Assembly: GCA_012295275.1 (NCBI GenBank)
Contig: CM022665.1
Location: 37,448,001-37,512,000, forward strand
From: Chrysomallon squamiferum
Lineage: Eukaryota > Animalia > Mollusca
Reading direction: 5' to 3'
Length of the DNA stretch: 64,000 nt
Part shown: piece after piece, positions 31,365-44,008 of the stretch
How positions within the stretch are numbered: position 1 is the first letter of the stretch
Layout of the letters: each line of letters starts with the position of its first letter
Position numbers and translations under genes: made by a program
The notes under the pieces: generated by a model
The model's input: only the letters and a program-made list of their open reading frames with translations
Databases searched by the model: none
Told to the model about the DNA's origin: nothing

Positions 31365-31461
31365 TATATATATATATACATACACACATCCATGTATACA
31401 TACATACATATTTACATATACGTACACACACACATACATACATAGGTACATACACACGTAC

Positions 31462-31492
<31 letters not shown>

Positions 31493-31605
31493 CATACACA
31501 CATCCATGTATACATACATACATATTTACATATACGTAAACACACACATACATACATAGGTACATACACACGTACATACATACATACATATATATATACA
31601 TACAC
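31365..31605 (+). repeat. tandem duplication (~120 bp x2) of a compound TACA/TA microsatellite
   Basis: CATCCATGTATACATACATACATATTTACATATACGTA...CATAGGTACATACACACGTAC occurs twice. Confidence 0.85.
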
Positions 31606-32447
31606 ATACAAACGTACGGATATAAATGCACATAAATACAAACACCCACACACATAACAAAAAATACAAACAAAATAATAATTTTAAAAAACAACAACAA
31701 CAACAACCCAGTCATTAATACGTTAATTTATTCTTCTTGTACTTGTGAGCTCATTACTAGATAACCATCTTTCTAAAAATCACTCGAAAGGCGACATGCC
31801 CAACACGAACAACCATTACAAATGTACACATAGCGTGCGTTTGTTAATGAAATGGCCAAAGATATAAACAAAGTGGACTTTTTTCAGCCACCATGAAAAC
31901 TGGTTAACGGTATAGTATAAACGAACCAGCTGAAAAGCTCAGTAATGAGAAACAGTTATTTCAGCGCCTGGAGCAAAGCGGCTGATCACTTTATGACATG
32001 CGATGTGTTATCAAGTAGATTTAAAACGTGTGAATTTTGCAGTATTAATACTGTAATTACTGCGGTTTAATTTAGTGGAGTAAAGTGCTTGTACGTGTAT
32101 TTGTGCATGTACGAACGTGCAACCGTGGTCTCCTACGCAACTACCTTTTGATCAACAATTGTGCATGCATGCATACATACATACATACATACATACACAC
32201 ATACATACATACACATACATACATGCATACATACACACATACATACATATATCATAAATACATACATACATACTATAGATACATACATAGTCTTTCTATT
32301 TGCGTGTATATGTCTGTGCATGTATATATGTTTGTGTATGTATGTATTTATCTATCTGTCTTTCTATTTTGTGTATGTGTCTGCATGTAAAAAAAAACCC
32401 TAATAATAATTTATAATATTTTGTAATTGGCAATAAAAAAAAAACAC

Positions 32448-32490
<43 letters not shown>

Positions 32491-32973
32491 TGATAAATAA
32501 ACTAATTAACCAAATAACTAGTCAAACGTACAAACAAACTTCTCTGTGTTACAGACACAAATATATTCAGAAAGAAAAATAGACAAACAAAAAAAAATCC
32601 CCATAAAATTCATGGACAGACAGGCAGATATATAAAATTATATCGTAAATGATAATTACCGTAAACGATATAACAAAGTTATTTAATTATTATAATAATA
32701 AAATATTAATAATTAATTATGACATGTTAATTAACGATTCGAGACCGAACAGAATTTCTTAATTACCATTAGCGTAGCAGATAATCCTATTTTAGTGATT
32801 TATATGTTGTGTTGTGTCATGCTGTGCTGTGCTATATTACATTATATTATATTACGTTGTGTTACGTTACGTTAAGCTGTATGATATGGTATTTAAACTA
32901 GCTAAACCATGTTGCGTTATTTATGTTACATAACATGTTTATTGCATTGACTTATTTGGTTTCTTTCTTTCAT

Positions 32974-33014
<41 letters not shown>

Positions 33015-33282
33015 CTTCTTCGGAATAATCAGCATCAGCATTTTCTCCTTTATCTTGATTTGTTGTTTTATTTTTATTTTTAAATCTAGTATTAATCCCT
33101 ATTATCCCAGTATAACCTCTTTACAGTCGTAATAAAACATCGCTATCTTTTAACGTCATACTTTTAATATTGAGTGCTTAAGGCGTATTTCTGACATGTG
33201 TTAAAATTGTAATTCTGAAACTGCTGGCTTAATGTATAATGTTGTAGCATAAGAGTCACAACTTTGATTTTCTTGGAATTTG

Positions 33283-33325
<43 letters not shown>

Positions 33326-34343
33326 TGGAAGTATCATGGTTGCACTCGATATAGAACTCTTTTTATTCTTTGTACGTTTAAAAACAAACACTGTACCTAG
33401 AATATCTAAGTCTAACCTCACCATAATCAAAATAAAACCGATTTATTCTCAGTCTTCATCTCCTTTACCTTCTTCTTCTTCTTCATCTTTTTCAAACTGA
33501 TATTATTGCTATATTACTTTATTTCTAAACAATTTTACTTTATCCCCGTGTCTCTCAATCTGGACCCAGAACGACTAATTCATGTGGAAGACTGAATGGA
33601 AGCTGAGCGCAGTTTAAATGGGAAATAATCGCCGCTGAGTATAAAATTGGCCTCGTCTGGTTCCTATCATCCGTCTTTTGTGACTGCGCCATACATCACG
33701 ATTAGAGCAAGGAACGTGCGCGCTTTCTTAAACACTACCAGGAAATCAGCCTTCACTTTCAGCGGTTTGACCATTATACAATTAATCGGGACTCAAAAGA
33801 CAACAAACCCACAGATAGGCCCATTGTTATTTGCAGCAGGTTGCCGAATTCATTCTTTCCCGTAGCTGGCAATAACGTCAGGCATCGCGCCATGAATTAT
33901 TTATGGTCTATTAATTCCCAGTGTAATAAAATAATGTATTTCCTGTTCTCAAGAAGGCGGATAATTGGTCGTAATGTTGAGTCGAGAGAAAATGTAATCA
34001 AAGCATTGGACCAGAGTTAAGAGAATATTAATACGAAATATTTATTAAAGAAGGAAGAAAGAAAGAACTACTAAACACACATGCCTAAGAAAAATACTAC
34101 ATACGCATGCACATTAAAAACTCAAAGAATTCGAACGTACATGAACCCCAAAGAAAAGATTTCAAGAAACATTAAAATAAATGTTATTATTATGACTATA
34201 TAGAGGTTAGACTGAGAAATGCTGTGTACAAATTTGTTTTAGCAAACACAGAAATAATTAAGATGAATAACAAATTAAAGTACAAGAAGAAGAAGATGAT
34301 TACGATGAAGTTAAATAGAAGATATCGAAGGGGAAAAAGTTAA

Positions 34344-34374
<31 letters not shown>

Positions 34375-35299
34375 ATTCTGAGAATCCAAATAAATTATTT
34401 AAAAAAATAAATAATAATAATAAATCCATTTAAAGAAAAAGTAATAATTATAATAATAATAAAAAAAAAAAAAACAATAATAATAAAAAAAACAAAAAAA
34501 CATAGAAAAATAGAAAAGACAAAAAGAGGAAAAAAAGTGATAAAAAATAGTTTTATGCAGTCTGAACGTTTATGTTATTCATATCAGTGCAGTAACATGC
34601 ACAACATATAAAACTGGTGTCTCGTAAAGTCAGTTGTTACACGACTGTCTGACTGAGGTTATAGTGGCGATGCGTTACTATCAAAATGTCACCAACTTTG
34701 TCTGAAATTCTTTGCACAGCTGCGCCTTTCTAACAGATTAAACAAATCACTTGAACTCAAAGGTTGGTGTCTGTGCGGAAACATCAGCAACTTGTTTTCG
34801 CGTCCAGATGGACAAAATGTTAAGACGTTCTTCACAGAAACGTGCTCAAGTAACCCCTGGCTCGACCACAAAGTCGATGGCTCTCCAAGCTACAGAAATG
34901 AAACAAATGCATATATATACAAACAGCAGCGACTCTCTTTCGTTTTCGTCAGTGCTTCAGCGTTCTTGAAAACTTGTGTAACTGCATGTGCTTTGATAAT
35001 AAACAATTCTGTCAATCTAATGTTAACTTTAAAAGAAAACATTTTATATCTGTTTCCATCTTACAGTAGTAATTTTAACTATTCGTGGGTTTTTTCGTTT
35101 TTTTTTTTTCTCTCTCTCTCTTTATTTTTTTCCTGCACGAACAATGATCCGTCTAATTTTTCCAAATCACTGAGCGGAACTTTTGATGTTTTGAGCAAAA
35201 ATGAAAAAGTTCAGTGGACAAAACCATCATATTTTCAAAATAAAAAAATGAGAGATAACATTCTGATAAGCAGCTTAGAAGGAACATTGAGTACGATGA

Positions 35300-35625
35300 T
35301 ACAATTATTGCTTCAGCAGATGCTGTAGAAAAAGGATGGCAGGAGACTTTTTAAAACTCTTTGTCGAGTTTGAGAAGAGACAAATTAAAATACAGAAATG
35401 AAGGCTTTCATTCGTCATGCAAAATCAGCAACATCAGAGATAAGTGCCAACATGTTACCATCCTCACTGACGCCTTTTCTACGCTTCTGATTCTTCTCAA
35501 GATTCTTGAAACCAGCAAACTTGGTTCTCCTTGATCACCTCCTCAGCTGAAGATCAATTTAGCATCAGTGAATTCCTTGTGAAATCCAGAAAACAAGAAA
35601 GTGAAGAGCATCCATGAAGTTGATA
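35300..35625 (+). mobile_element. decayed RNase H domain of a non-LTR retrotransposon (LINE)
   Basis: Ordered relic motifs with stops/frameshifts: SADAVEKG-AG (xDGSA...GGAG), TN*NTEMKAF (xNYxAExxA), VTILTDAFSTL (VIFTDxxS), HQ*IP-CEI-ENKKV (QWIPxHCGIPGNE). Confidence 0.6.
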
Positions 35626-36165
35626 TACCTTTTAAGATGAAACGATTCTGACTTTGAAGAATAAAAATCATCATAAAAAAACACCAAAAACAAAAACAAA
35701 CCAACAAAAGAGGCTTGTGGGATCTAGAAAAAGGGGTGAAAATGACTATATTGCTCATTGCAGTTTTGAAACGTAGTCAGTCAATTAAATGAAAAGAGAT
35801 GCGACTCTGAGGCTGAGATAACATTCCTATTATACAACTGATAAGAAAAACGAATCTAGAAGTCCACAGAGAGCCAAACTGACAAATTAATGTGACTGAC
35901 GACTGTGTTTCTACTTTAATAGCCGAAACACGCATAATGGTAACAAACCAGTCTAATAGTTTGAGCGTCTCGCATGCTAATCCGAGGACACCGAGTACAA
36001 ACACTAATGAACGCTGATGTCAGACTCACTGGCGAATGGTAAGGAAAAGAAATACAACAAGAGTGAAGATCTTAGAAATAACTGTTAGGATTAAATTCGC
36101 GTCTATCTGATGAATGGTAAAGGTTTTTTAATGAAGTTAAAACATCAAATTTTAAATTCTAAAAT

Positions 36166-36203
<38 letters not shown>

Positions 36204-36894
36204 TTAAAATATAAATAGCAAAATGATTTTTAAAAAACAACAATTCAAATGAATGTCGAAAGTAGACGGATGTATGTATCAGTAATCCAGTAACACGTGC
36301 ATATGTGCACGAGTAGATATATTGATAACAATTAAACACCAGTAAATAAATAAATGTTGCAGTAATATACCCCCAGACACCAACCGCAGAAAATATGGTT
36401 TGAAATGCGCAAAATAAAATATTCGTACAAGAAGATATCTAGCATTATATCAAATGAAAACTAAAGATTAAAAAATTAAGAATTAAAAAACGTATTCAGA
36501 ATAACTATGTCATTTAAGCTGCCTCATATTCCAAAACTGATAATTAAACGTTAAACCTGTTGTCTCCGTTACAGACTCCCATAAGTCATTTGTTTTCCAA
36601 GAATGAGATATTTTTCTAGACTAAGTTTGACGTTTATTGTTTTCATGTACAATTAGATAACAAAGTTATTACTGGAAACAATCGCTGTATACCTCAGAGA
36701 TGTGAAATAGCACACCATTGTTACAGTCCAGAGCGCTTTGTGTCTTGTCAGTAGTTTGTGCATAACGAATGCTTCCCTTTTTCTTCTTCTTTTGTTACGA
36801 AATCGAGATAAAGATCTTTTCAAGCCTAAATAAAGCATAAAATACTTTTATGACAAAGCCAGCTAACCACAGAGACAAACATGAGTGAGTGAGT

Positions 36895-36958
<64 letters not shown>

Positions 36959-37193
36959 AATCGAAAACCACCATTCACATAATTAATAATTCATGCACTC
37001 TTAGTATTCATGTGATTATATAATATTTCTGTGTATGATGTGTACTATTGCTAAGAGTAAACTGACATATATTGTTAAGTCTTTAATTTCCAAAATGTTG
37101 AATATACTGAAACGTATTTTTCTATAATGCAACCTTATGTATAATCATACTACTGTGTTTAGGGAAAGATTTATCAGACACACACACACACAT

Positions 37194-37225
<32 letters not shown>

Positions 37226-38159
37226 ACAAAAACAAAAACAAAGAACAAAAACAAAAAACAAAAACAAAACAAAGCAGCTTCTGCATACGGCCTTACAGGC
37301 TCTACGAATTTCTGATCAGTTATTATACTTTATTCTGTGTTAGCACATGTTAAACAGGGCCTCCATATTTTCTACAGTTAGGATCACACGAGGTCAAAAT
37401 TCGTCCCTGACTGAACCATGTCAACAATGAACAATTTAAAACAAATATCGTCCACAGTTGTAACAAATATTGACATCTAATATTACCCTACGATTAGTAG
37501 TTATTAATCTGTCAAAGAGCTAAAACACCTGAGCCGTTTTTGTGTAGATAATTAATTATTTACTTCACGAGATCTTGATTGTGATTATCTGACAAGAGTT
37601 TTGTCCCTTTAAGAACTATCGGATTCTGGAAGCGTTTTCAGACATTTTATTATGAGAACACGTTTTGGTCTTTCTCGCGTATTATATTGCTTACACGGAG
37701 ATTCTTATTTTTATATTTATTTATTTATATACTGAAATTACGGTACAAATCATGGTTTACGATAGTTTAAATATTCATGTTTTCTTCAAATTACAGTTCC
37801 ATCAATTTCATTATCTCAATAAATGTCTATTACTTATATTTAAGAGACGTTTTCTATGCGCTATTTCATTCCTGTGTTTAAGGACTATTTGAAATATTGA
37901 TCGTATTCATAACAAACACAGCACTGAAAAATGACAAGAAAATGAAGTGAACGACAAACAAAAATATTCATGAAGTACAGACTTGGTTTTTTTTTTTTTT
38001 TCAGTTTTATTTTGATGCATTTCCCATGGATACAGTTTGTATGAAAACTGACAGATATGATACAGTGTTAAGGAATTATAAATATTTTGGCTGTTTCTGC
38101 TTAATTTATATGTAATTTGTTTTTATTAGCTTTTAGTCTTTCTCTCCTTTTTTTTTGTA

Positions 38160-38601
38160 TCATTTATTTATGTCTGTAAGCGTGCTTTTATGATTTACGT
38201 CTGTGAACATAACTAATACTGTAGATGCCTTTACATCGTGTCTTTTGAGACAGTGATATTACACATAAATAAATATTACAAATTATTTGATCCAATGATA
38301 CAAATTACTGGCTGGCTATGAACACAAATATTTAACATGTACAAACTAACAACGACGCAATTAATGACTAATAAAATAAAATACTACTGTACAAACAACT
38401 ATGTACAAGATATTTCCCAATATACGACACTTCTAACCATGTACAAATTTATATCTATTTTATTTAATATACATAATTATATAACTATGTACGCAACCAT
38501 TGGCAGTAATATGAATATTTATACATCATTGTATCACAGTCGGTATATCACATGCGTGTTTGTATAATAAATAGCTGGTCACTAATCTCCAGGCTTATGT
38601 T
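38160..38601 (-). promoter_or_regulatory. cyclin 3' UTR with Pumilio-like (TGTACATA / TGTACA) and CPE-like (TTTTAT) elements and AATAAA signals
   Basis: Minus-strand TGTACATA at 38400-38407, TGTACATG at 38336-38343 and 38438-38445, TTTTAT at 38371-38381, AATAAA at 38459-38464 and 38163-38168. Confidence 0.5.
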
Positions 38602-38718
38602 TTATCTGTTGGATGGAAGGATTCCTTTGGTGGCGTTAATTAAATCTGTGTTGTCTTTCAGTATTTCGTGTTTGCTGATAGCGCCACGTCTTGAACTGGC
38701 AAACTTTGTCCTTGCACC
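38602..38718 (-). CDS. cyclin terminal coding exon
   Basis: GARTKFASSRRGAISKHEILKDNTDLINATKGILPSNR*; ttgttag acceptor; resembles the cyclin B 'avkxKYas' tail. Confidence 0.85.
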   Translation of the reverse strand, partial: GARTKFASSRRGAISKHEILKDNTDLINATKGILPSNR

Positions 38719-41217
38719 CTAACAACACACAGAAAAATACTTTAGTAATATAACAAACCAGAATCAAAAAAAGAAAAAAAAAAAATAGAATATATTTTGA
38801 ACATTTGTATGCAAAATGTTCAAACAAAATCAACTTAACTGACAAAACTCCAGCGTAAAAAATTAAAGACATTTAAGTGATTTGAATATACAGGGTACCA
38901 AATAAAAAACATGCCATCATTCTCAATGCTGGATAAACAGTATCGCACCAGTTATTAAAGTGTTAGAGGTTTAATCGTCAAAATCTGTGTAATCCCAGAA
39001 ATGGTATCAGGCACGTATAATGATACATAATCATTGTATTTATAAATCATAATTTTATCATGCTCTGTATTCAAATACAAATACATAAATGAATAAATGT
39101 GTATCACACATACCCAGGCACGCACGCACAAATTATTATAGAAAGTTTGATACTTACTCTACAAGACAGAGCAAGAGAAAGAAGAAAACGAAAATCACCT
39201 GAAGTTCACGGCTTGAGGCTTTAAACAGCATCTTGCTGAGTATTACAATACATTCCTTCATGTCTTGCTTGATGTATTTGGTGTAAAAAGCCAGAGTTGG
39301 AGTCCAGATCATCTCCGTACGAAACAGCAGACGAGCCAAGTACAGCGTGCTGGCTGCTATCAGAGAGGGCGGGAAGTACACCAACACGTGGTTTGTAAGA
39401 CTCAAATCCAGAACGTATTCAGAAAGCTGATACTCCTGAAAATTCATAAACCAGTATTAATCTTCACCTGCATTAATACAAATAAACAAGTTTACTTGTG
39501 TGCGTTCGTATGTGACCTACTGAGTTTATATGTGAATGTGTGTGTATTTTGTAAGTTTGTGTGAAACCTCCATGCACAGAAAACTGACCATTTAAGAGAA
39601 ACAGATGCCATAAAGATGATTGTAATGATGTAGATGACAATGCTTATGTTTGGTAGAAGCTTAAATTGGTGTACAAACTACAATCCCCTACCATCACCGT
39701 GTTTTGATATTGGAACGTTTCATACAGTAACATCCAGAGATGACTGGACCAAATCTGTAATAAAGACCGAGTTTTTCAAAGAAACAAACCTCTTTTGTAT
39801 ACGACTGAGTTCCAATGAATCTTCTCAGAAAGGTGATTGGTGTGGGGATGTTGAGATCAAACTTTAACGTCTTCAAAACAACGATCTCCATCCCCAAAAC
39901 TTCAGCCACAGTGTAAGAATTAGCTGTCAGTTTGCAAAGTGTAGATATCTAAAATAAACAAGATAAACAACAACAACAAAAACAAACAAAGATACCCACA
40001 TGATTTATGCATTTGTGTTAAAAGTGTTAAAATGTATCTTTGTCTACATATTTATGCATAAATCTAACAATTTATTTTGTGTATATTTGTCTGTATGCAT
40101 GTTGTTCATCTGTCGTCTGCTAAGTTTAAAAAAAAAAAGTTTTCTGCGTCACAGTGTGTAGAAAAAGGGCAGTCAGTGTTAATTCAGTTTAACGGTGACA
40201 GTCTGAATTAGTTCAAATTACCACATGTCACACAAACGTGTTAAAACGCACACCTCAGGTGGAAACCGCTCAATAAATTTAGCGGCAATCAGTAGACACG
40301 TGATTCCCAACAACTGCAACAACGACAGTCGCACTTTCTGGATGCTGGCGTATCTGTCAATCATAGCCACGGTGAGGTGAAGCGATTCTTCGTTTAAATT
40401 CTCGTGATTCTGTAGAAACAAAAAAAAAAAAAAAAAAAAAAAAGGTTTTGCAGCTGGCAATGAAATATCCTTCCTTCCAAACTAAAAATTTAAACTGGAC
40501 AAATAGAAATGTCGATGACAAATGAATGTTTTAAAATGTTTGTAGAACTGAAAACAAGAACAATGCATAATAGATGATAAAAGTAACGACAGATTTTTAT
40601 TTCATTTCATTTTAATATATTTTTAATATATATATTTTTTTCCCTCTGACTCAGGGTATGTTTATACACACAGTCCACCAATCCTAATCTGTGTTAAGTT
40701 TATAATGGTAAAAAGTGGTGAATAATTAAACACTACTTAGGTGGGTTTTTTTCTGAATGTACATCTTGCTTGAACGTACAGATAGCAATTTTTAAAATGC
40801 TAAAAACAACTGGATCGTCGCGACTGGAATGGTCCGCACCGACTCACTCCATCACCGCCTAGCCTTCCAGAAAGAAAGAATACTGTAATTACTACGAAGA
40901 AAAAGAATTATTACCTGCACCTGGGTTAGCCAGTCCATGAGAATGGCTCGCATTCTTGGCGTTAGCTCTGGATCACGTTCTAAATAAGTTGCAGGGAACG
41001 TCCATCTTGCTTCAACCTCCTTGATAAAAAACACGCAAACCAGGGCAGCATGAATTAATTATCAAAAAATTAAATGAAATAATATCTTTACAAGTCAGTA
41101 TATGTACATGTGTATTATTTATTAGAGTATGCATGTATGCGTGGCTTCTATACACCCAAACGTGTGTGTACGTGTGTGTGCGTGCGTGCGCGTGAGTGTG
41201 CGCGTGCGTGTGTGTGT

Positions 41218-41250
<33 letters not shown>

Positions 41251-43565
41251 TGTATACAGTTATTGGCTGGCATGAAATCAGGTAATATGCGAGTTGTGTG
41301 TCACTAACCTGTAGATAATTAACGATATCACACGCGTATTCTGGACACAGAAAAACTTTGGTGTGTTTGTCTGCGTCTCTCACCCCAGACGGCAGTCTGA
41401 CTGGTCCGAGTTTTGTGAACAACTCGTATATCGTCTCCACTTCCATAGCTTCATCTAACAAAAACAGGGAACAATTAACTTATCACGTCTCCATTCTTAT
41501 CTTATTTCTATTTGTATTACCGTTTTTTTTTGTTCTAATTCGTGTGTATTGTTTTTCATATTTAAATCATTATTATTGTATGAACGAAATTTGCTCACTG
41601 TATTTCATTTTTCATTTATAATATTGTTTTCAGGATTTTTTTTTTTTTAAAAGAAGAAAAAAAAAAAAGAAAATCAAATGTTATCCAAACAATTCTTAAA
41701 CATAATAAAATGGTTAAAAATAATCTTGCCATCATTAATTTTACTTCATTAGATGATGGTGCTACCTGTTTCTTCAGCTTGTTAGGTGATTTAAAATATA
41801 TATTTACATATATTTGCAAAAATTCATTTTTCAATTATTCTTGTTTGCTCAATAAAATAACAAATCATTTCCACTATCAGAATACTATTAATTATTATTA
41901 TTATTATTATTATTATAGCTTTGTTAAAAAGAAATACGATATGCAAGTACAAGATCTTTGTTGACTTGTTAAACACAATATGTTTGAAATACCCACCTTT
42001 TATGACTACATAAGATGGAATTGAACCTTCGCCCACTACTTTCGCTTGTGTCCTTGTCTTTCTGTTTCGTCTCTGTGCTGATCTGTGACCTGGAAATATG
42101 ACACTGAAAACATAATAAATCATAGAAATGCGACATTGAAAACGACTGTATAACACGTTATAGAACTACGACACTGAAAACGACATAGTAATACGTTATA
42201 GAAAAACATGAAAAACGATATATAATACGTTATAGAAATACGACACAGAAAACGATATTGTAATAAATTCTAGAAATACGATATTGAAAGCTAGAATTTA
42301 TTAAGTAAAATTATAATAAATATAGAATTACGACACTAAAAATTACATTTAAGCTCTAGATTCTATAATTACTAGTTTAAAACCAGGAATTTATTAAATA
42401 ACGTAATAACAGAGAAATACGTATTTCAATATGACATTCTAATGAATTCTAGAAATAAGATTTTGAAAGCAAAAATTTATTAAATGTAATAATAAAGATA
42501 CGAATATGAATCTAAATATTACGTTTTAGAAATACGACATGAAAGCTACAATTTATTAAAATAATGCAATAATAAATATAGAAATTCGTTATAAATTGTC
42601 CTATCTAGGGTGTTATTTATTATATATACAGAAAGAATTCATGAAACAAAATTTCTAAGTTATCTTTTTTTGCTGATTCGCGTGCAGAAGTAATATTTAA
42701 TATGTATGAAACAACAACATAATACACAGATTTTATTTTTCTCACAAACTTGACAGTAAAAATAAAATAAAATAAAATAAAAATATAGAAAAGGTATCAG
42801 ATGTGCAAGTATGCTAATAAAATAAAAATAAAAAATAAAATAGAAAAGGTGTCAGATATGCAAATATTCTATGCTAAGTACCTGGTGTAACTCGAAACTT
42901 AGATTTGTTAAGAATGATAGGTTTCTTTGAATGCTGTCTTGTTGTTGGAATCGTCCCAGCTTGTATGTTGGTACATTCTTTGAGTACTGGACGCTGTAAT
43001 AATATAAATATATTTTTTTTTAAATCGAAGTACAAGTAATAAGTTTGTCTGCATGGTCTAAAATATAATTTTTATATATTAAAGTGATTACATCGTGAGT
43101 TTTTAGCTCCAAACTCTGTCGATAAAAAATGTATGATATTACAGTAACATACATCCTCACTTGGAAAGCATGATGCTGCAATTAACAGAATATAATGTCA
43201 TAGTTAGAAACGTCAGGAATAAATACAAAATACGTCTTGTATATAAATTATTTATAATCAGGAGAGCAAGAGCCAGAGTCAAAGAGCGAAATTCTATATC
43301 TATCTATCTATCTATCTGTCTATCTGTCTAGCTGTCTATCGAGAGAGAGAGAGAGAGGGAGACACACACACACACACAGACAGACCAGATAAAGGTATTT
43401 TACTTCGTGTTTTTCTGATATACATCCATCTCGGTTGACAAAGTCTACGGTTCCCATGTGTGCATTGGGCACGTATCTCGAGTTTTCTTTTTCTTGTAGT
43501 GACGGCCATTTTCCAACAGGGAAGCGAGTCGTCACCTTTTCCATCCTTGAGGTATTGGAAGTCAT
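38602..43565 (-). CDS. CCNB: G2/mitotic B-type cyclin (divergent), 9 coding exons, 428 aa
   Basis: Exons 43565-43404, 42993-42882, 42089-41997, 41454-41309, 41019-40915, 40409-40254, 39948-39790, 39435-39199, 38718-38602. All introns GT-AG, phases consistent, total 1287 nt. Motifs: KEN, D-box RPVLKECTN, LCPEYACDIVNYL, MRAILMDWLTQVQ, LQLLGITCLLIAAKFIERFPPE, FLRR, PSLIAASTLYLAR, W-TPTL, C-terminal ARTKFASSR. Symbol is family-level only; B versus B3 unresolved. Confidence 0.92.
39199..39435 (-). CDS. cyclin exon 8 (C-terminal cyclin fold)
   Basis: EYQLSEYVLDLSL...PPSLIAASTLYLAR...WTPTLAFYTKY; tttcag / CAG|gtgatt. Confidence 0.92.
39790..39948 (-). CDS. cyclin exon 7
   Basis: ISTLCKLTANSYTVAEVLGMEIVVLKTLKFDLNIPTPITFLRRF; ttttag / GAG|gtttgt. 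Confidence 0.93.
40254..40409 (-). CDS. cyclin exon 6 (cyclin box helices)
   Basis: NHENLNEESLHLTVAMIDRY...LQLLGITCLLIAAKFIERFPPE; ctacag / GAG|gtgtgc. Confidence 0.93.
40915..41019 (-). CDS. cyclin exon 5 (MRAIL motif)
   Basis: EVEARWTFPATYLERDPELTPRMRAILMDWLTQVQ; atcaag / CAG|gtaata. Confidence 0.93.
41309..41454 (-). CDS. cyclin exon 4 (…LCPEYACDIVNYLQ)
   Basis: ttgttag / CAG|gttagt; pre-cyclin-box EYxxDIxxYL motif. Confidence 0.9.
41997..42089 (-). CDS. cyclin exon 3 (basic linker GHRSAQRRNRKTRTQAK...)
   Basis: tttccag acceptor, AAG|gtgggt donor, phase 1-1, open frame. Confidence 0.75.
42093..42590 (+). repeat. degenerate ~38-bp minisatellite in cyclin intron 2, abutting the exon 3 acceptor
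   Basis: GAAATACGACACTGAAAACGA...TAATACGTTATA-like units. Confidence 0.75.
42882..42993 (-). CDS. cyclin exon 2 carrying destruction box RPVLKECTN
   Basis: attacag acceptor, CAG|gtactt donor, RxxLxxxxN motif. Confidence 0.85.
43404..43565 (-). CDS. cyclin coding exon 1 (MTSNTSR...QEKENSR...EKHE)
   Basis: ttttcag acceptor 1 nt before ATG, GAA|gtaaaa donor, phase 0 into the D-box exon. Confidence 0.75.
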
Positions 43566-43912
43566 TCTGAAAATTAAACAACAATTCAAATATTCTCATA
43601 AAAAAAAAAAGTAGATCCTCTGATTATTGAAAATAAAGTTGGTAACTAAGATGGTTAATACGCAACATCAGAACAGAAAAGTGTCTGCATTTCTAGTTCT
43701 TCTGTTTTTAGCATTCGTGAAGTTTTCAACCACAACAAGAACGACGACAGCGACAGAAACAACCAATTGTCGTGATGACGCAACCCCACCATAACAGAAC
43801 AACAACAACAATAATAAAAACACATCAACAGCAACAACCAACCAACAGTAATAATAGCATCAAAAACAGCAATAATAACAATAATAAAAGGGTTTTGTTT
43901 TGCTTAGCATAC

Positions 43913-44008
43913 CTGCAGTATTTAACAATTTGCTCCAAATCATCGACAGAAAAATCTTAAGAAGTGTGTCTCTGTAATTGGGCTGTAGGCACGTGTTAGA
44001 GCGTTCAC
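43913..44008 (-). other. putative 5' UTR exon of the cyclin gene
   Basis: Strong cctttgttgcag acceptor and CAG|gtatgc donor; in-frame TAA relative to the main ORF so non-coding. Further candidate upstream donors at 44352 (CAG|gtaata) and 44460 (CTG|gtaagt). Confidence 0.6.

Noticed and set aside
36855-36880. 13-nt match (TGTGGTTAGCTGG, minus strand) to miR-34
   Set aside because: Seed region absent and no evident hairpin partner
39436-39467. Upstream acceptor (ttaatgcag|GTGAAG) for cyclin exon 8
   Set aside because: Gives an in-frame TGA after 7 codons; the 39435 acceptor preserves the cyclin fold
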